Shown: positions 37,870 to 49,872, counted from the stretch's first letter. The stretch: 64,000 nucleotides of DNA from an uncultured Thermoanaerobaculia bacterium (GCA_964558905.1 CAZLGP010000055.1:10650-74649); one strand, 5' to 3'. The notes: a model not told the origin generated them from the sequence alone. A program made the numbers and translations.

Positions 37870-38037
37870 AGGGTAGCCGGTGGCGAGCGCCAATGCGCCG
37901 CCACCGGAAACGTGGGCAACCGCGAAGGATCCGCCCCGGAGGGGCGGCAGAGAACCTCTCCCGCCCCTCCGGGGCGGATTTCCTGCACGCCGTCTTCTTC
38001 CGGTGGCGGCGCTCCGCGCTCGCCACCGGCTACCCTC
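37870..38037. repeat. element with 20-bp perfect terminal inverted repeats (GGGTAGCCGGTGGCGAGCGC)
   Basis: 37872-37891 versus 38016-38035. Inner palindromes CCGCCCCGGAGGGGCGG and CCGCCCCTCCGGGGCGG. Confidence 0.7.
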
Positions 38038-38152
38038 TGAGCGGCCGGCTGCAGGTGACCGGGTGAGCGAAAGGCGACTCTGCCGCCGGCTACGCGAGGC
38101 TGATCCCCGGGACCGATCGACGGCGCTATACCTGACGTATACTGCCGTTCGG

Positions 38153-38386
38153 GTGCGAACGACCGAATACTTCGAGAAGAGAATCCGGGATCGCGGCATC
38201 GAACGAGCGTGGTGTGAGTGGACCGTCGACCACCCCATCGCAACGGAATTGCAGGATGACGGCCGCGTCAGGTACTGGGCCTACGTCGAAGAGGCGCAGC
38301 ACTTCCTGAGGGTCGTCACAGAGGCCGACGGCACCTTGTTGAACGCATTCTTCGACCGGACGTTCGAGCGCAGGAGATCGAAATGA
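38153..38386 (+). CDS. DUF4258-family toxin (RelE/ParE-superfamily RNase-like) of a type II toxin-antitoxin pair
   Basis: GTG start at 38153 (VRTTEYFEKRIRDRGIERAW...). 78 aa. Stop overlaps the antitoxin start (ATGA). Confidence 0.5.
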   Translation: MRTTEYFEKRIRDRGIERAWCEWTVDHPIATELQDDGRVRYWAYVEEAQHFLRVVTEADGTLLNAFFDRTFERRRSK

Positions 38387-38976
38387 AATACTTCTACGAC
38401 CGCAGCAGCGACTCGCTCTACCTGTCCCTCGACGAGCGGCGGGCATACCGAGATTCCGTCGAAGCCGCACCCGGTGTGGTCCTCGATTTCGACAAAGCGG
38501 GCCGGCTCCTCGGTATCGATCTGGAGCGCGCAAGCCGCATCATCGACGTGTCCGACCTCGAGCTTCACGAAGAGCCGTCGCGCGCCGCCGCCGAGGCCGC
38601 CCAGTTGGACGGCAGTAAGCTCCGACGGAAGCGTGAAGAGCTCGGCCTCAGCCAGGTCGAACTGGGTCGCCGGCTGTCCGTCAGCCCCAATACTGTCGCA
38701 CGATGGGAGCGCGGCGAACTGAGAATCGAGCACCCGGGTATGTTGGATCTCGCGTTGTCCTCACTCCGCCCGCGCGCCGTTGCGGCGCAGGTTTCGTCCT
38801 CGATGGCCGTTGAGCGCAAGAAAGGTCACTCTCCTCGTGATCGCAAGTCATCCGTTCACACAACGCGGGTTGAAGCCATCGAACACGGTCGTGCGAGCGC
38901 TCGGAGCACCGCGCATCTCAATGCGAGCCCGAAAGGAAAACAAGCCTCCGAGACGGGACGAGCGAGGAAGAAGTAG
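38383..38976 (+). CDS. DUF2283 antitoxin fused to an XRE-family HTH domain
   Basis: MKYFYDRSSDSLYLSL...VVLDFDKAGRLLGIDLE is the DUF2283 signature. Followed by LSQVELGRRLSVSPNTVARWERGE. Confidence 0.6.
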   Translation: MKYFYDRSSDSLYLSLDERRAYRDSVEAAPGVVLDFDKAGRLLGIDLERASRIIDVSDLELHEEPSRAAAEAAQLDGSKLRRKREELGLSQVELGRRLSVSPNTVARWERGELRIEHPGMLDLALSSLRPRAVAAQVSSSMAVERKKGHSPRDRKSSVHTTRVEAIEHGRASARSTAHLNASPKGKQASETGRARKK

Positions 38977-39083
38977 GCTCTCGCCGCGAGCGACGACCAA
39001 CGGTCTGACCCGTCAACCGGTCCCGGAGGGCGACCACTCGAATGGCAGGACGAGGACTTGCCGAAGAGCTTCCGTGGGAACCG

Positions 39084-39380
39084 TCATTCGAACGCGACGC
39101 TCCAGTCGTCAGTCATCGCAATCTCGGCGAGGCACTGCATGCAGCCGAATCGACGATTGGTGCCACCCTCCCACTCGATTCGATCGCGAGACGCATCGGC
39201 GACGGCAATCAACGCGACATCACTCCCGCGGCGGACCGTAAATGGCCAAGACCGAGTGAAGTCCTCGAGCAGACGGAAAGGACTCGTATCGTTCAGCTGC
39301 CATGCTCCGTCCGACTCGCCCCGATTACCGCAGCGCGGGCAAGTCAAGCCGCTTTGGTCTACAGAAACATCGACATCCAT
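39084..39380 (-). CDS. small zinc-ribbon protein (98 aa; CPRCG...GCMQC)
   Basis: GAGGTGAGG RBS upstream of ATG 39380. Four Cys in two CxxC pairs. Divergent from the two-gene operon. Confidence 0.4.
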   Translation of the reverse strand: MDVDVSVDQSGLTCPRCGNRGESDGAWQLNDTSPFRLLEDFTRSWPFTVRRGSDVALIAVADASRDRIEWEGGTNRRFGCMQCLAEIAMTDDWSVAFE

Positions 39381-39496
39381 CCCTCACCTCGCTCCGAGGC
39401 TACCTCGGTGAACGCGGATGATTGGAATCTCGCTACGCTTCGTAGATGGCGGCATCAGCTTGACGCCTTCGTGCCTTCCAGTGAACATGCACACGC

Positions 39497-40336
39497 ATGC
39501 ATGGGCCTGGCATCCTCGCGCGGACACTCTCAACGCCGACGCCCAAGGGGAAAGGCGCCGCGTGGCAGTATCACCCTCGGAGTGATCACCACTCGAAAGT
39601 CGCGTGCTGGGGGATTCTTTTCGATCTCCTGCAAAGTTCGGCACTGATTCGGGAGCACGTCACATCGGGAAGCCTCGCCTTCGGCATCAATCACGAAATG
39701 CGGGACTTCCGAACGGGGAGAAAGAAGGATCTCGATCTCGTTTTGGCAAAGCCGGCTGCCGGTTCAAACATCAAACCATTGACGTTTCGCATGCTCGCGA
39801 CCAAGTGGGCCATCGACCTGAACGAGTCCGAACGAGAAATTCTCGAACGGCTTCCGAACCTAGTCGAGCGTCGGGTTGGCGTGGTCCATCTCGCACTCGA
39901 GGCCAAGGCTTGCATGACGGAACACATGAAGGCCCGTCCGCGACTCTACGACGAGTTGAACTCGAGCCATGATGCCGTTCACGGTTCTGCCGAGATGGCG
40001 ATCGCGGCCGGTTTCGTCATGATCAACATCGCCGCCGACTTCATCTCGCCGGAGATGAACAAGTTCGGCGGCGCACTTCACGTCACGAAGCACGACCAGC
40101 CTCGCGTCACGGAGAAGGTGATCGAGAAGGTGCTCGAGATCCCGCGCCGCGCGACGACTTCGACCTCCGGATTCGACGCACTTTCGATCGTTCTGGTCGA
40201 TTGTCGCAACGACGGTCAAACTGCCGTACGCATCGTCGCGGACCCGCCGGCACCGAGACCTGGAGAGTCCGTCCACTACGCGGCCATGATCCAACGCATC
40301 GTGCAGCTCTACGAGTCGAGGTTCCCGCACACTTGA
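39497..40336 (+). CDS. uncharacterised protein with a canonical PD-(D/E)xK nuclease motif (candidate restriction endonuclease subunit A)
   Basis: KKDLDLVLAKP...VVHLALEAKACM gives D-x(37)-E-A-K. 279 aa. Start could be the internal ATG at 39698. Confidence 0.5.
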   Translation: MHGPGILARTLSTPTPKGKGAAWQYHPRSDHHSKVACWGILFDLLQSSALIREHVTSGSLAFGINHEMRDFRTGRKKDLDLVLAKPAAGSNIKPLTFRMLATKWAIDLNESEREILERLPNLVERRVGVVHLALEAKACMTEHMKARPRLYDELNSSHDAVHGSAEMAIAAGFVMINIAADFISPEMNKFGGALHVTKHDQPRVTEKVIEKVLEIPRRATTSTSGFDALSIVLVDCRNDGQTAVRIVADPPAPRPGESVHYAAMIQRIVQLYESRFPHT

Positions 40337-41154
40337 AAAGGCACGTCAGGACGAACGCCTTCGAGCTGGCCGATGCGCTAAAGCGGGCGAAGCGTCCTCA
40401 CCCACCGGCATCGGGACCGGAAAAGAAGTGGTCCAAAGACGCGCGGAAGGACTGGACGGATGAGAAGCGCGCCTACTCCGAACGCCTCTCCAAAGAGTTC
40501 TCGAAGGCGATCGAGCAGAGCTTCCGCTCACACTTTCCGCAGACCCGCTCCGGTGAAGGGCTCGGAACGAATGCGGCGAGCGCACAGGGCATCAAGAGCG
40601 TCGATGTGGCCTTCAACATCGAAGGGCTGTTCCTCGGCCTGGGCGTCAGTGTGAAGGCGATCGGAATCCCCGAGGGGAAGAGTGGGTACGCGCACAATTT
40701 CAAGCGGATCACCGAGGAGTGGACCACCGAGACGGTGCTGTACCACCGCTACATGCCCGTCTCGATCATCGTCGGAATCTTCTTCATGCCGTGGGACTCG
40801 GTCGAAGACCGCTCGACGGTGACATCGCTGAGTTACGCGGTAGCGAAGTTTCAGGGGTTCCAAGGACGCCAATCGATCCGTGAGGATTTCGAGCTCATGG
40901 AGCGCATTTATGTTGGGCTATTCAAACCCGACGGCGCAGTGCAATTCCTCGACGTCGGTAAAGGCCAACTCGGCCCACGCGAAACTCCGCAGGCCGATCG
41001 TCTCCAGACTTTCGAGCAGGTGAAGGACGGTCTCGTACGCTTGTTCCGCCTTCGAAATCCGAAGCTGCGTGTCCGCGGAATGCCGGATCTCGATCGCGCC
41101 GGCCACGTCATCGCACCGATTCCAGAGCTCGACGAAGCCTTCGAAGACGACTGA
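40333..41154 (+). CDS. uncharacterised protein, translationally coupled partner (candidate subunit B with a degenerate D...SxK motif)
   Basis: TTG at 40333 overlaps the upstream TGA (TTGA). SVDVAF...GLGVSVKAIG sits at the equivalent position, followed by a hydrophobic strand SIIVGIFFMPWD that parallels FVMINIAADF of gene A. Confidence 0.45.
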   Translation: MKRHVRTNAFELADALKRAKRPHPPASGPEKKWSKDARKDWTDEKRAYSERLSKEFSKAIEQSFRSHFPQTRSGEGLGTNAASAQGIKSVDVAFNIEGLFLGLGVSVKAIGIPEGKSGYAHNFKRITEEWTTETVLYHRYMPVSIIVGIFFMPWDSVEDRSTVTSLSYAVAKFQGFQGRQSIREDFELMERIYVGLFKPDGAVQFLDVGKGQLGPRETPQADRLQTFEQVKDGLVRLFRLRNPKLRVRGMPDLDRAGHVIAPIPELDEAFEDD

Positions 41155-41557
41155 CGTCCTCGCACTCGCACTCCCAGATCACCAGCACTTTCCATCCGAG
41201 CTCGCGTAACTGCCCCTGCACGCGTTCGTCACGCCGGACGTTCGCGGCGAACTTGTCCAGCCAGAACTGCCGATTGCGCGATGGCGTGGTCGTGCGCGGA
41301 CAGCCCTCATGCCGGTGCCAGAAGCAACCATGAACGAAGACTGCCCATCTTCGTGTGCGGTTTGCGACGTCCGGTGATCCTGGGAGATCGCGGTTGTGAA
41401 CTCGGAAGCGATGGCCAAGCGCGTGTAGAAATCGGCGCACGGTCACCTCGGCCGAGGTTCCATGCTGGCGGATGCGCCCAAGCCTCTGGGAGGTCGCAGG
41501 ATCTACGACGAGCTCGGGCTTCGACTGGCCTGCGTGACTTCGCGGCGGGCGAGGCAC
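41108..41557 (-). CDS. vsr: very short patch repair endonuclease
   Basis: TSAEVTVRRFLHALGHRFRV...FVHGCFWHRHEGC...GWKVLVIWECE. Confidence 0.9.
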   Translation of the reverse strand: MPRPPRSHAGQSKPELVVDPATSQRLGRIRQHGTSAEVTVRRFLHALGHRFRVHNRDLPGSPDVANRTRRWAVFVHGCFWHRHEGCPRTTTPSRNRQFWLDKFAANVRRDERVQGQLRELGWKVLVIWECECEDVSRLRRLRRALESVR

Positions 41558-41560
41558 GCC

Positions 41561-42841
41561 TCAGATGATCGCACGCAAGGAATCGCCGCGCATCCGCGCG
41601 AGATGCTCTTCGAGCGCCTCGAGAAATCCGGCAGGGAACCGCAGCTTCGCGCGGTAGGCACGGGACAGAAAACCTGCGGTCGCCTTTGCGGAAAGTGGCT
41701 CGGTGTCGAACTGAAGAAAGGCTTGCAGCGGAGTCGCTGCCACGCGAACAGGCCACTTCGAAACGGCTGCCGCGAACCTGATACCGTCGACGTTGTACGC
41801 CGCCGTCGGCCAGGCCACGGCCGTGCCCAGCGGCGCGTCGCCGACGGCGTCGTATTCGGCGGGAGCGCGCAGTCTTCGCCCGATCCACTCGGCCGCGTTC
41901 ACCGTTACGGCGTTGCCCACGAGCTTCCAGCGTGCGCCCCGCTTGACGACGGATTCCGCCGGCAGCGTCCAATCGGCCTCGAAGCCCTGCATCCTCTCGG
42001 CATCACGCAGGTCCGGCTTCACGACGTTTCCGTTCGGAAGAATGATCGCAGGCGGAGAGGGGATGCCGATGGTAGAGCCCCCCTTGAGTGTCGGAACCGA
42101 GTCGACGGCCCATCCCAGGCCCCGAAGCCCCTCCGTCCAGAAGAACCCGCACGCCACCTCACGAAAGGATCGTCGGTCCTCGGGCTCCGCAGCATCGTCG
42201 ACCAGCAGAACGGAACGCGGGTCGTGCAACCGCGAGGCGAGAATGTAGACCCTCTCGCGGCGCTGTGGCACACCGAACGCGCGGCTGTTGACGACGCGGT
42301 ACGCCCACTTGTAGCCGAGTCTCTCGAACTCGCTGAAGATCAGGTCGAGCGCCCGCCCCCCTCCCAACTGGAGCATGAACGAAACGTTTTCCAGCAGAAC
42401 CCACTCGACGCGCTTGCGGTCCAGGAGACGGAACACCTCACCGACGAGACCGGAGCGCGCTCCACTGATTCCGGCCGTCTTCCCGGCCTGGCTGAGATCC
42501 TGACAGGGAAAGCCCGCCGCCAGCAGGTCCGTCTCCTTCGGGAGCGACCGCAATTGGCGAACGTCGTTGGCCCGCCTCACGGCCGGAAAGCGCGCATCGA
42601 GGACCGCGTTCGCGGCGCGGTCGAACTCGCAAAGGAGTGAGGCCTCATGACCGGCCTGCGACAAGCCGAGCTCGATGCCACCAATGCCAGCGAAGAGACC
42701 GACCGCCGAAAGGCCTGGGAGGGTTACGTCGGTCTTGGGCGCCGCGGAGCGCTTCGCTCCAACGAGCCGCAACTGAGAACGTCCTCCACTCATGATGACG
42801 GCCCCCAGTCTACCTCGGCGCCGCCCAACCTGCGGCGCCAT
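41561..42841 (-). CDS. dcm: DNA (cytosine-5)-methyltransferase
   Basis: Motif I LFAGIGG. Motif IV GFPCQDLSQAG. ENV and QRRERVYIL motifs. Lies immediately upstream of vsr. Confidence 0.9.
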   Translation of the reverse strand: MAPQVGRRRGRLGAVIMSGGRSQLRLVGAKRSAAPKTDVTLPGLSAVGLFAGIGGIELGLSQAGHEASLLCEFDRAANAVLDARFPAVRRANDVRQLRSLPKETDLLAAGFPCQDLSQAGKTAGISGARSGLVGEVFRLLDRKRVEWVLLENVSFMLQLGGGRALDLIFSEFERLGYKWAYRVVNSRAFGVPQRRERVYILASRLHDPRSVLLVDDAAEPEDRRSFREVACGFFWTEGLRGLGWAVDSVPTLKGGSTIGIPSPPAIILPNGNVVKPDLRDAERMQGFEADWTLPAESVVKRGARWKLVGNAVTVNAAEWIGRRLRAPAEYDAVGDAPLGTAVAWPTAAYNVDGIRFAAAVSKWPVRVAATPLQAFLQFDTEPLSAKATAGFLSRAYRAKLRFPAGFLEALEEHLARMRGDSLRAII

Positions 42842-42959
42842 CTCACGACCCGATGGAAACGTGTAACAGCCGCAGGCGAAAAGCTACACACAGTAGATCA
42901 CTCGCACCGCAGGGACGCAGAACGCAGTCGAAGATCTCGCGCCACGCCGGCCAGTCGGA

Positions 42960-43352
42960 GTGGAGAATGCGAAGACCTGCCCCCAAGTGGTCGCGGGCGT
43001 GGCGCCGGCGGTGCGACCGACGGGGCGGATGCACGACCGCGCACGACGCGTCCTCCTCCGCCAAAACACCGCGGCTGACTTCCCGTCGACAAACGAAAAG
43101 CGAAGGTGTGACCCCGGGGAAACGTGGCAACCCGGACAACGCTACATCCACCACGCGAGCCGCGGCTCCAACGTGATGCTCTTCGTCCGCTCGTCGAACA
43201 AGGACGCCTACGGTCGAACCCCGGCCTTCACCTTCCTCGGCCCAGCGTCGTATCAAAGCCACGCCGGCGAGCGTCCGACGGCCATCGTGTGGAAACTCCA
43301 CCGCCCGATGCCGCTGGACGTGCTCGGCGTGGCGCGGGTCGCGGCGGGGTAA
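42960..43352 (+). pseudogene. possible remnant of the C-terminal domain of a larger protein
   Basis: NVMLFVRSSNKDAYGRTPAFTFLGPASYQSHAGERPTAIVWKLHRPMP looks like a conserved domain; a DUF3427-like helicase C-terminus is a guess only. Upstream residues are low-complexity. Confidence 0.2.
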
Positions 43353-43389
43353 CCCGAAGCCCCCGGACTCTTAGGGATAGAATCTCCAA

Positions 43390-43962
43390 ATGTCCTCGTC
43401 AGATGAGCGCTGGATTCGGCGTGCCGTCCTGCAACAGATTGACACGGAGCACGGGCGTGCCGGCGACACGGTAGTGAAAGAGGAATTTGTGGTTCGCCAC
43501 GGAGCGGCGCGAGTTGACATCGCGGTCTTCAACGGTCGAATGGAGGCCGTCGAGATCAAGAGCGATAACGACACTCTGCGCCGGCTGCCCGGCCAGATCG
43601 AGATGTTCGCTAGCGTTTTCGATACCTTGACGTTGGCTTGTGGCCTTCGTTACTCAGAAACCCTACTCCGCGACGCACCTACGTGGTGTGGAGTAATCGA
43701 ACTCTCGGAACGAGGTCAACGAGCACTCCGTTCTGCCGACCAGAGTCCGCTCCAGGAGCCGCGCCACATGGTCAAGCTTCTTCACAGATCAGAAACTCTC
43801 AACGCACTTCAGGCTCTTGGCGTTCGACCAAGACCCTCAGCCAAGCGTCGTGATCTCTACGAGGAACTGTTGCGCACCGTGGATCTCACGCGCCTCAGAC
43901 GAATCGTACTAACCACGATCAAGCTGCGAGTTGGAGGGGCACAAACACCATATGGTGGTTAA
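43390..43962 (+). CDS. sce7726-family protein
   Basis: RVDIAVFNGRMEAVEIKSDNDTLRRLPGQIEMFASVFD matches the remembered sce7726 signature (EIKSD.D.L.RL..Q). 190 aa. Confidence 0.55.
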   Translation: MSSSDERWIRRAVLQQIDTEHGRAGDTVVKEEFVVRHGAARVDIAVFNGRMEAVEIKSDNDTLRRLPGQIEMFASVFDTLTLACGLRYSETLLRDAPTWCGVIELSERGQRALRSADQSPLQEPRHMVKLLHRSETLNALQALGVRPRPSAKRRDLYEELLRTVDLTRLRRIVLTTIKLRVGGAQTPYGG

Positions 43963-44926
43963 TCCCCGCCCGCAGCCAAGTCTGCGCCGAGCCGGTCTTT
44001 CTCGCCTCTCTAGACATGGTGTCGATGTATCTGTCACCAGCAGAGAAGCCAGCGCCACAATACTCTTTGCGAAGACTGAGCATGCGTGCTTGGGCCGGGT
44101 ACTGCTTGAAGCCCTCCCCCTCGTCGTTGAAAACACCCTCTCCGCGCATGACGACGAAGTCACGCTTGTGGGTGTACCTAATTGAAGCGCTGAAGTTGGC
44201 GTTTGGTGGCGCCTCTCTGAAGTCAGCCGTCACCACAGTGTAGTCACCGTACGAAGTTGGGGCTTCGATGCCGCGGCGCTCGATTGATTCCCACGCCAAC
44301 CATTCGTTACGCGGAAGGAGGTACTGGTTGTTTTTCGGGAGACCAGACAGATCGATTGGGAATGAGCCACCCATGATGGTCGCCGATGCCCATCGCGCGT
44401 TCTTCGCAAGAAGCTCTGCAGTTCCCTGCATGCGAGTTCCATCAATCATCGAGCCGAAGTCGAGGAGGACATCAAGGTTGGCGGGGGTTCGTCCGAGTCG
44501 TTCGAGAGTTCGACCGACCTCCTGCAGGAGACGAGTCGATACGAGATCCGCGCTACTGATTCGGATCGATGCGGCGTTAGCACCATCACTCCGCATCCAC
44601 GCGCATAGTTCGTCAAAGAATGCAGACGTGTACAGCGGAAAGACCACATACGGAAGCGCGCCAGCTTCCTTGAGCCGTACGATCACATCGATCGCCGTGT
44701 GGACACGCCAGGAACTATCGACTCGCAAAAAATCCAGAAAGAATGGACGCTTGACACCCCAAGACCCGACCATCGATTTAACTACTTCTCCAGCTGACAT
44801 CAATCGCGATGGAACGAGTTCGAGCAACGGCTTCATGCGAGCTCGCTGCTCGCGAGTCAGCTGCGCGAGAGCGCACTGTTCGGCGACCTTCCAACGCAAC
44901 ACAGGTGTATACATAGTATTAATCAT
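43919..44926 (-). CDS. sce7725-family (beta-family) protein
   Basis: N-terminus MYTPVLRWKVAEQCALAQL matches MYxPxLRxKxxExxAL of sce7725 proteins. 335 aa. Its 3' end overlaps the sce7726 gene by 44 bp, convergent. Confidence 0.55.
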   Translation of the reverse strand: MINTMYTPVLRWKVAEQCALAQLTREQRARMKPLLELVPSRLMSAGEVVKSMVGSWGVKRPFFLDFLRVDSSWRVHTAIDVIVRLKEAGALPYVVFPLYTSAFFDELCAWMRSDGANAASIRISSADLVSTRLLQEVGRTLERLGRTPANLDVLLDFGSMIDGTRMQGTAELLAKNARWASATIMGGSFPIDLSGLPKNNQYLLPRNEWLAWESIERRGIEAPTSYGDYTVVTADFREAPPNANFSASIRYTHKRDFVVMRGEGVFNDEGEGFKQYPAQARMLSLRKEYCGAGFSAGDRYIDTMSREARKTGSAQTWLRAGINHHMVFVPLQLAA

Positions 44927-46094
44927 CCCAACTGACCTCCGGAAATAAGCGCCTGACCTCGCCTTGACCTAGCATGTTTCCTAGTACGCGATACGATCCG
45001 CTCTCATAACGAACTCGCCCTGCAACAATCGCCGGATGAATTCGGAGTTCTCTCGCTAGCAACTCCGCCGCCTGGGGAGAACGAAGGCTGCTGGCGGGAC
45101 TGCGACGCCAAGCGGAGGCAGGGATGAGACGTTCTCTCGCCAATTCATCGGCTTGCCTTTCGCTTTCGTCTGTGGCCGATGTCTCGAGATCATCAACAAA
45201 CACTTGTCGTGCCTTACCGGCCGCGACTATCAAGTGCGCCATTTCATGCGCCAGAGTGAACCAGAACGAATCGATGCGATCGAAACGCAAGGTGAGGCCA
45301 ATTACTGACAGATTCCCGTCTGCTATCGCCACTCCGTCTAGATGGGTCTTCGGCAGTGGCGGCTCAATTACGACCGGTACTCCGTGACGACGCAGGAACT
45401 CTACGGCCAACCTCGGTCCTGCGTCCGCCCAGCTCAACTTAATGGTCTCGCGAAGCAAGTCATCCAAATTACCATCGATACCCGGCGAAGATCGGGCCAT
45501 CGTCTTACCTACGTGGTAGACGCGCGCCGTCCACGCGACAATCGCCTCCTTATCCACCCCGGTCGAACGAGACGTCCGTCTGAACGCGGCTGCGCCACTA
45601 AGTCGGACCACTGGCTCAACATATACGCGGACCGCCTCGGCAGCGTGCGTGTCGAGCCAACCCCGCCGCGCGATTAGAGTAGCCATTCCACCTTTCGTAT
45701 ACTTGACCTTTGCGCGAGACTGAACCTCGTTGTTTGTAATGAGAGCATCCGCGGGAATACCAAGGCCCTCGTTCAACGCTCGGATCATGGAGAGGCTGAG
45801 GCCACGCTTTCCTGAAAGGACCTCCGATACGCGGCTCGGAGAACCTAAGAACTTAACCAAGTCGCGTGGCGAAAGACCCTGTTGCTCCATTCGAAAGCGA
45901 ATCGCCTCAACGGCTGATGCAGGTTCGTGAGGTGGCAAGTGCCGGCGCTCGTAATCCTCGATTAACAGCGTGAGAAGTCGTATGCGGTTACGTGTTGCGT
46001 CGTCACGCGGCACCTCCTTCCCGAGGAGACCTTCCAGCTCATCAAGTGCGGCAGTGTAAGCCTCTGGTGTGTCAAGAATGCCGAACGTGTCCAT
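44919..46094 (-). CDS. HigA-like HTH antitoxin fused to an ImmA/IrrE (M78) metallopeptidase domain
   Basis: XRE HTH (LSPRDLVKFLGSPSRVSEVLSGKRGLS) and HEMAHL zinc motif. Directly downstream of higB. Confidence 0.75.
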   Translation of the reverse strand: MDTFGILDTPEAYTAALDELEGLLGKEVPRDDATRNRIRLLTLLIEDYERRHLPPHEPASAVEAIRFRMEQQGLSPRDLVKFLGSPSRVSEVLSGKRGLSLSMIRALNEGLGIPADALITNNEVQSRAKVKYTKGGMATLIARRGWLDTHAAEAVRVYVEPVVRLSGAAAFRRTSRSTGVDKEAIVAWTARVYHVGKTMARSSPGIDGNLDDLLRETIKLSWADAGPRLAVEFLRRHGVPVVIEPPLPKTHLDGVAIADGNLSVIGLTLRFDRIDSFWFTLAHEMAHLIVAAGKARQVFVDDLETSATDESERQADELARERLIPASAWRRSPASSLRSPQAAELLARELRIHPAIVAGRVRYESGSYRVLGNMLGQGEVRRLFPEVSWDD

Positions 46095-46096
46095 GT

Positions 46097-46381
46097 TTAC
46101 AGCTCCCAGCCGTCATACTCCTCATGTGTACCAGCCCGAAGGCATATAACGAGCTGTTCCTCAAAATCGACTCTGACCAATAGCCGGTAGCGCCCGCCCT
46201 TGATATTGAAAATGATCCGGTTCTTCGAGATGAAGCTAGCATGCTGATAACGCAACTTGATGTCCTGGGGCGTCCTCCAAATCCCGGTCAGAACCTCGGA
46301 TTCCCAAGCAGCCAATTGAGGCCTCGCGTCGGCGTGAATGCGACTGAAATCTCGCAGCACCTGCTTTCCAATAAGCTTCAT
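46097..46381 (-). CDS. higB: type II toxin-antitoxin HigB-family toxin
   Basis: MKLIGKQVLRDF...NRIIFNIKGGRYRLLVRVDFEEQLVICLRAGTHEEYD. Confidence 0.8.
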   Translation of the reverse strand: MKLIGKQVLRDFSRIHADARPQLAAWESEVLTGIWRTPQDIKLRYQHASFISKNRIIFNIKGGRYRLLVRVDFEEQLVICLRAGTHEEYDGWEL

Positions 46382-46444
46382 ACGTTCCCAACATCGGCGC
46401 CAATCTTAATTCACATTTCCCAAAATGGGAAGCGCGCCGGCAGA

Positions 46445-46472
46445 AATAAGGACGCATTTCTGCGTCCTTTAA
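46445..46472 (-). terminator. rho-independent terminator hairpin downstream of nrdJ
   Basis: AAGGACGCA-GAAA-TGCGTCCTT followed by ATTTCT on the minus strand. T-rich on the plus side as well. Confidence 0.5.
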
Positions 46473-46505
46473 TCGCCGCGAGTGAACGCGGCAATACTTC
46501 TTGCT

Positions 46506-49385
<2,880 letters not shown>

Positions 49386-49872
49386 TGGAACTCTCCTTCT
49401 CTCAACACACGCTCACACAGCTGTAGAACAAAAAAAGTAGAGGAAGGCAGTTCGACTACCGTACGAAGGAAATCGGCCGGCTAGAGCTCCGCGGACCTTT
49501 TACGGAACGCTGCCGGGACTCCGATGTCCCTCAAATCGAACTTCCGTCCCCTACCTCCCCCGACACTGCCTTGAACACAGATGTTCGCGGCGAAAACTGC
49601 GATGAAAAAAATCCCCGGGCCCCCTTCAGGGACGGGGATGACAACCTACCGAAATGCAGGACGAACGAACCGGGTAGAAGGGGTTTTCGGCACCGACGAC
49701 TTCACTTTCACCGTCACCTGATAATCGCGAATCTGCAGCGAGACCGACCGGACGGGAGAGCGGTTTTCAGGACGCGTCGATAGCTTGAAATCCTTCATAG
49801 TCCTCCCTCACTTCACCAGGTTGTTTTCGATGGTGACAAGCTACGCCCGCATACCGGTGAAGTCAAGGGGGC

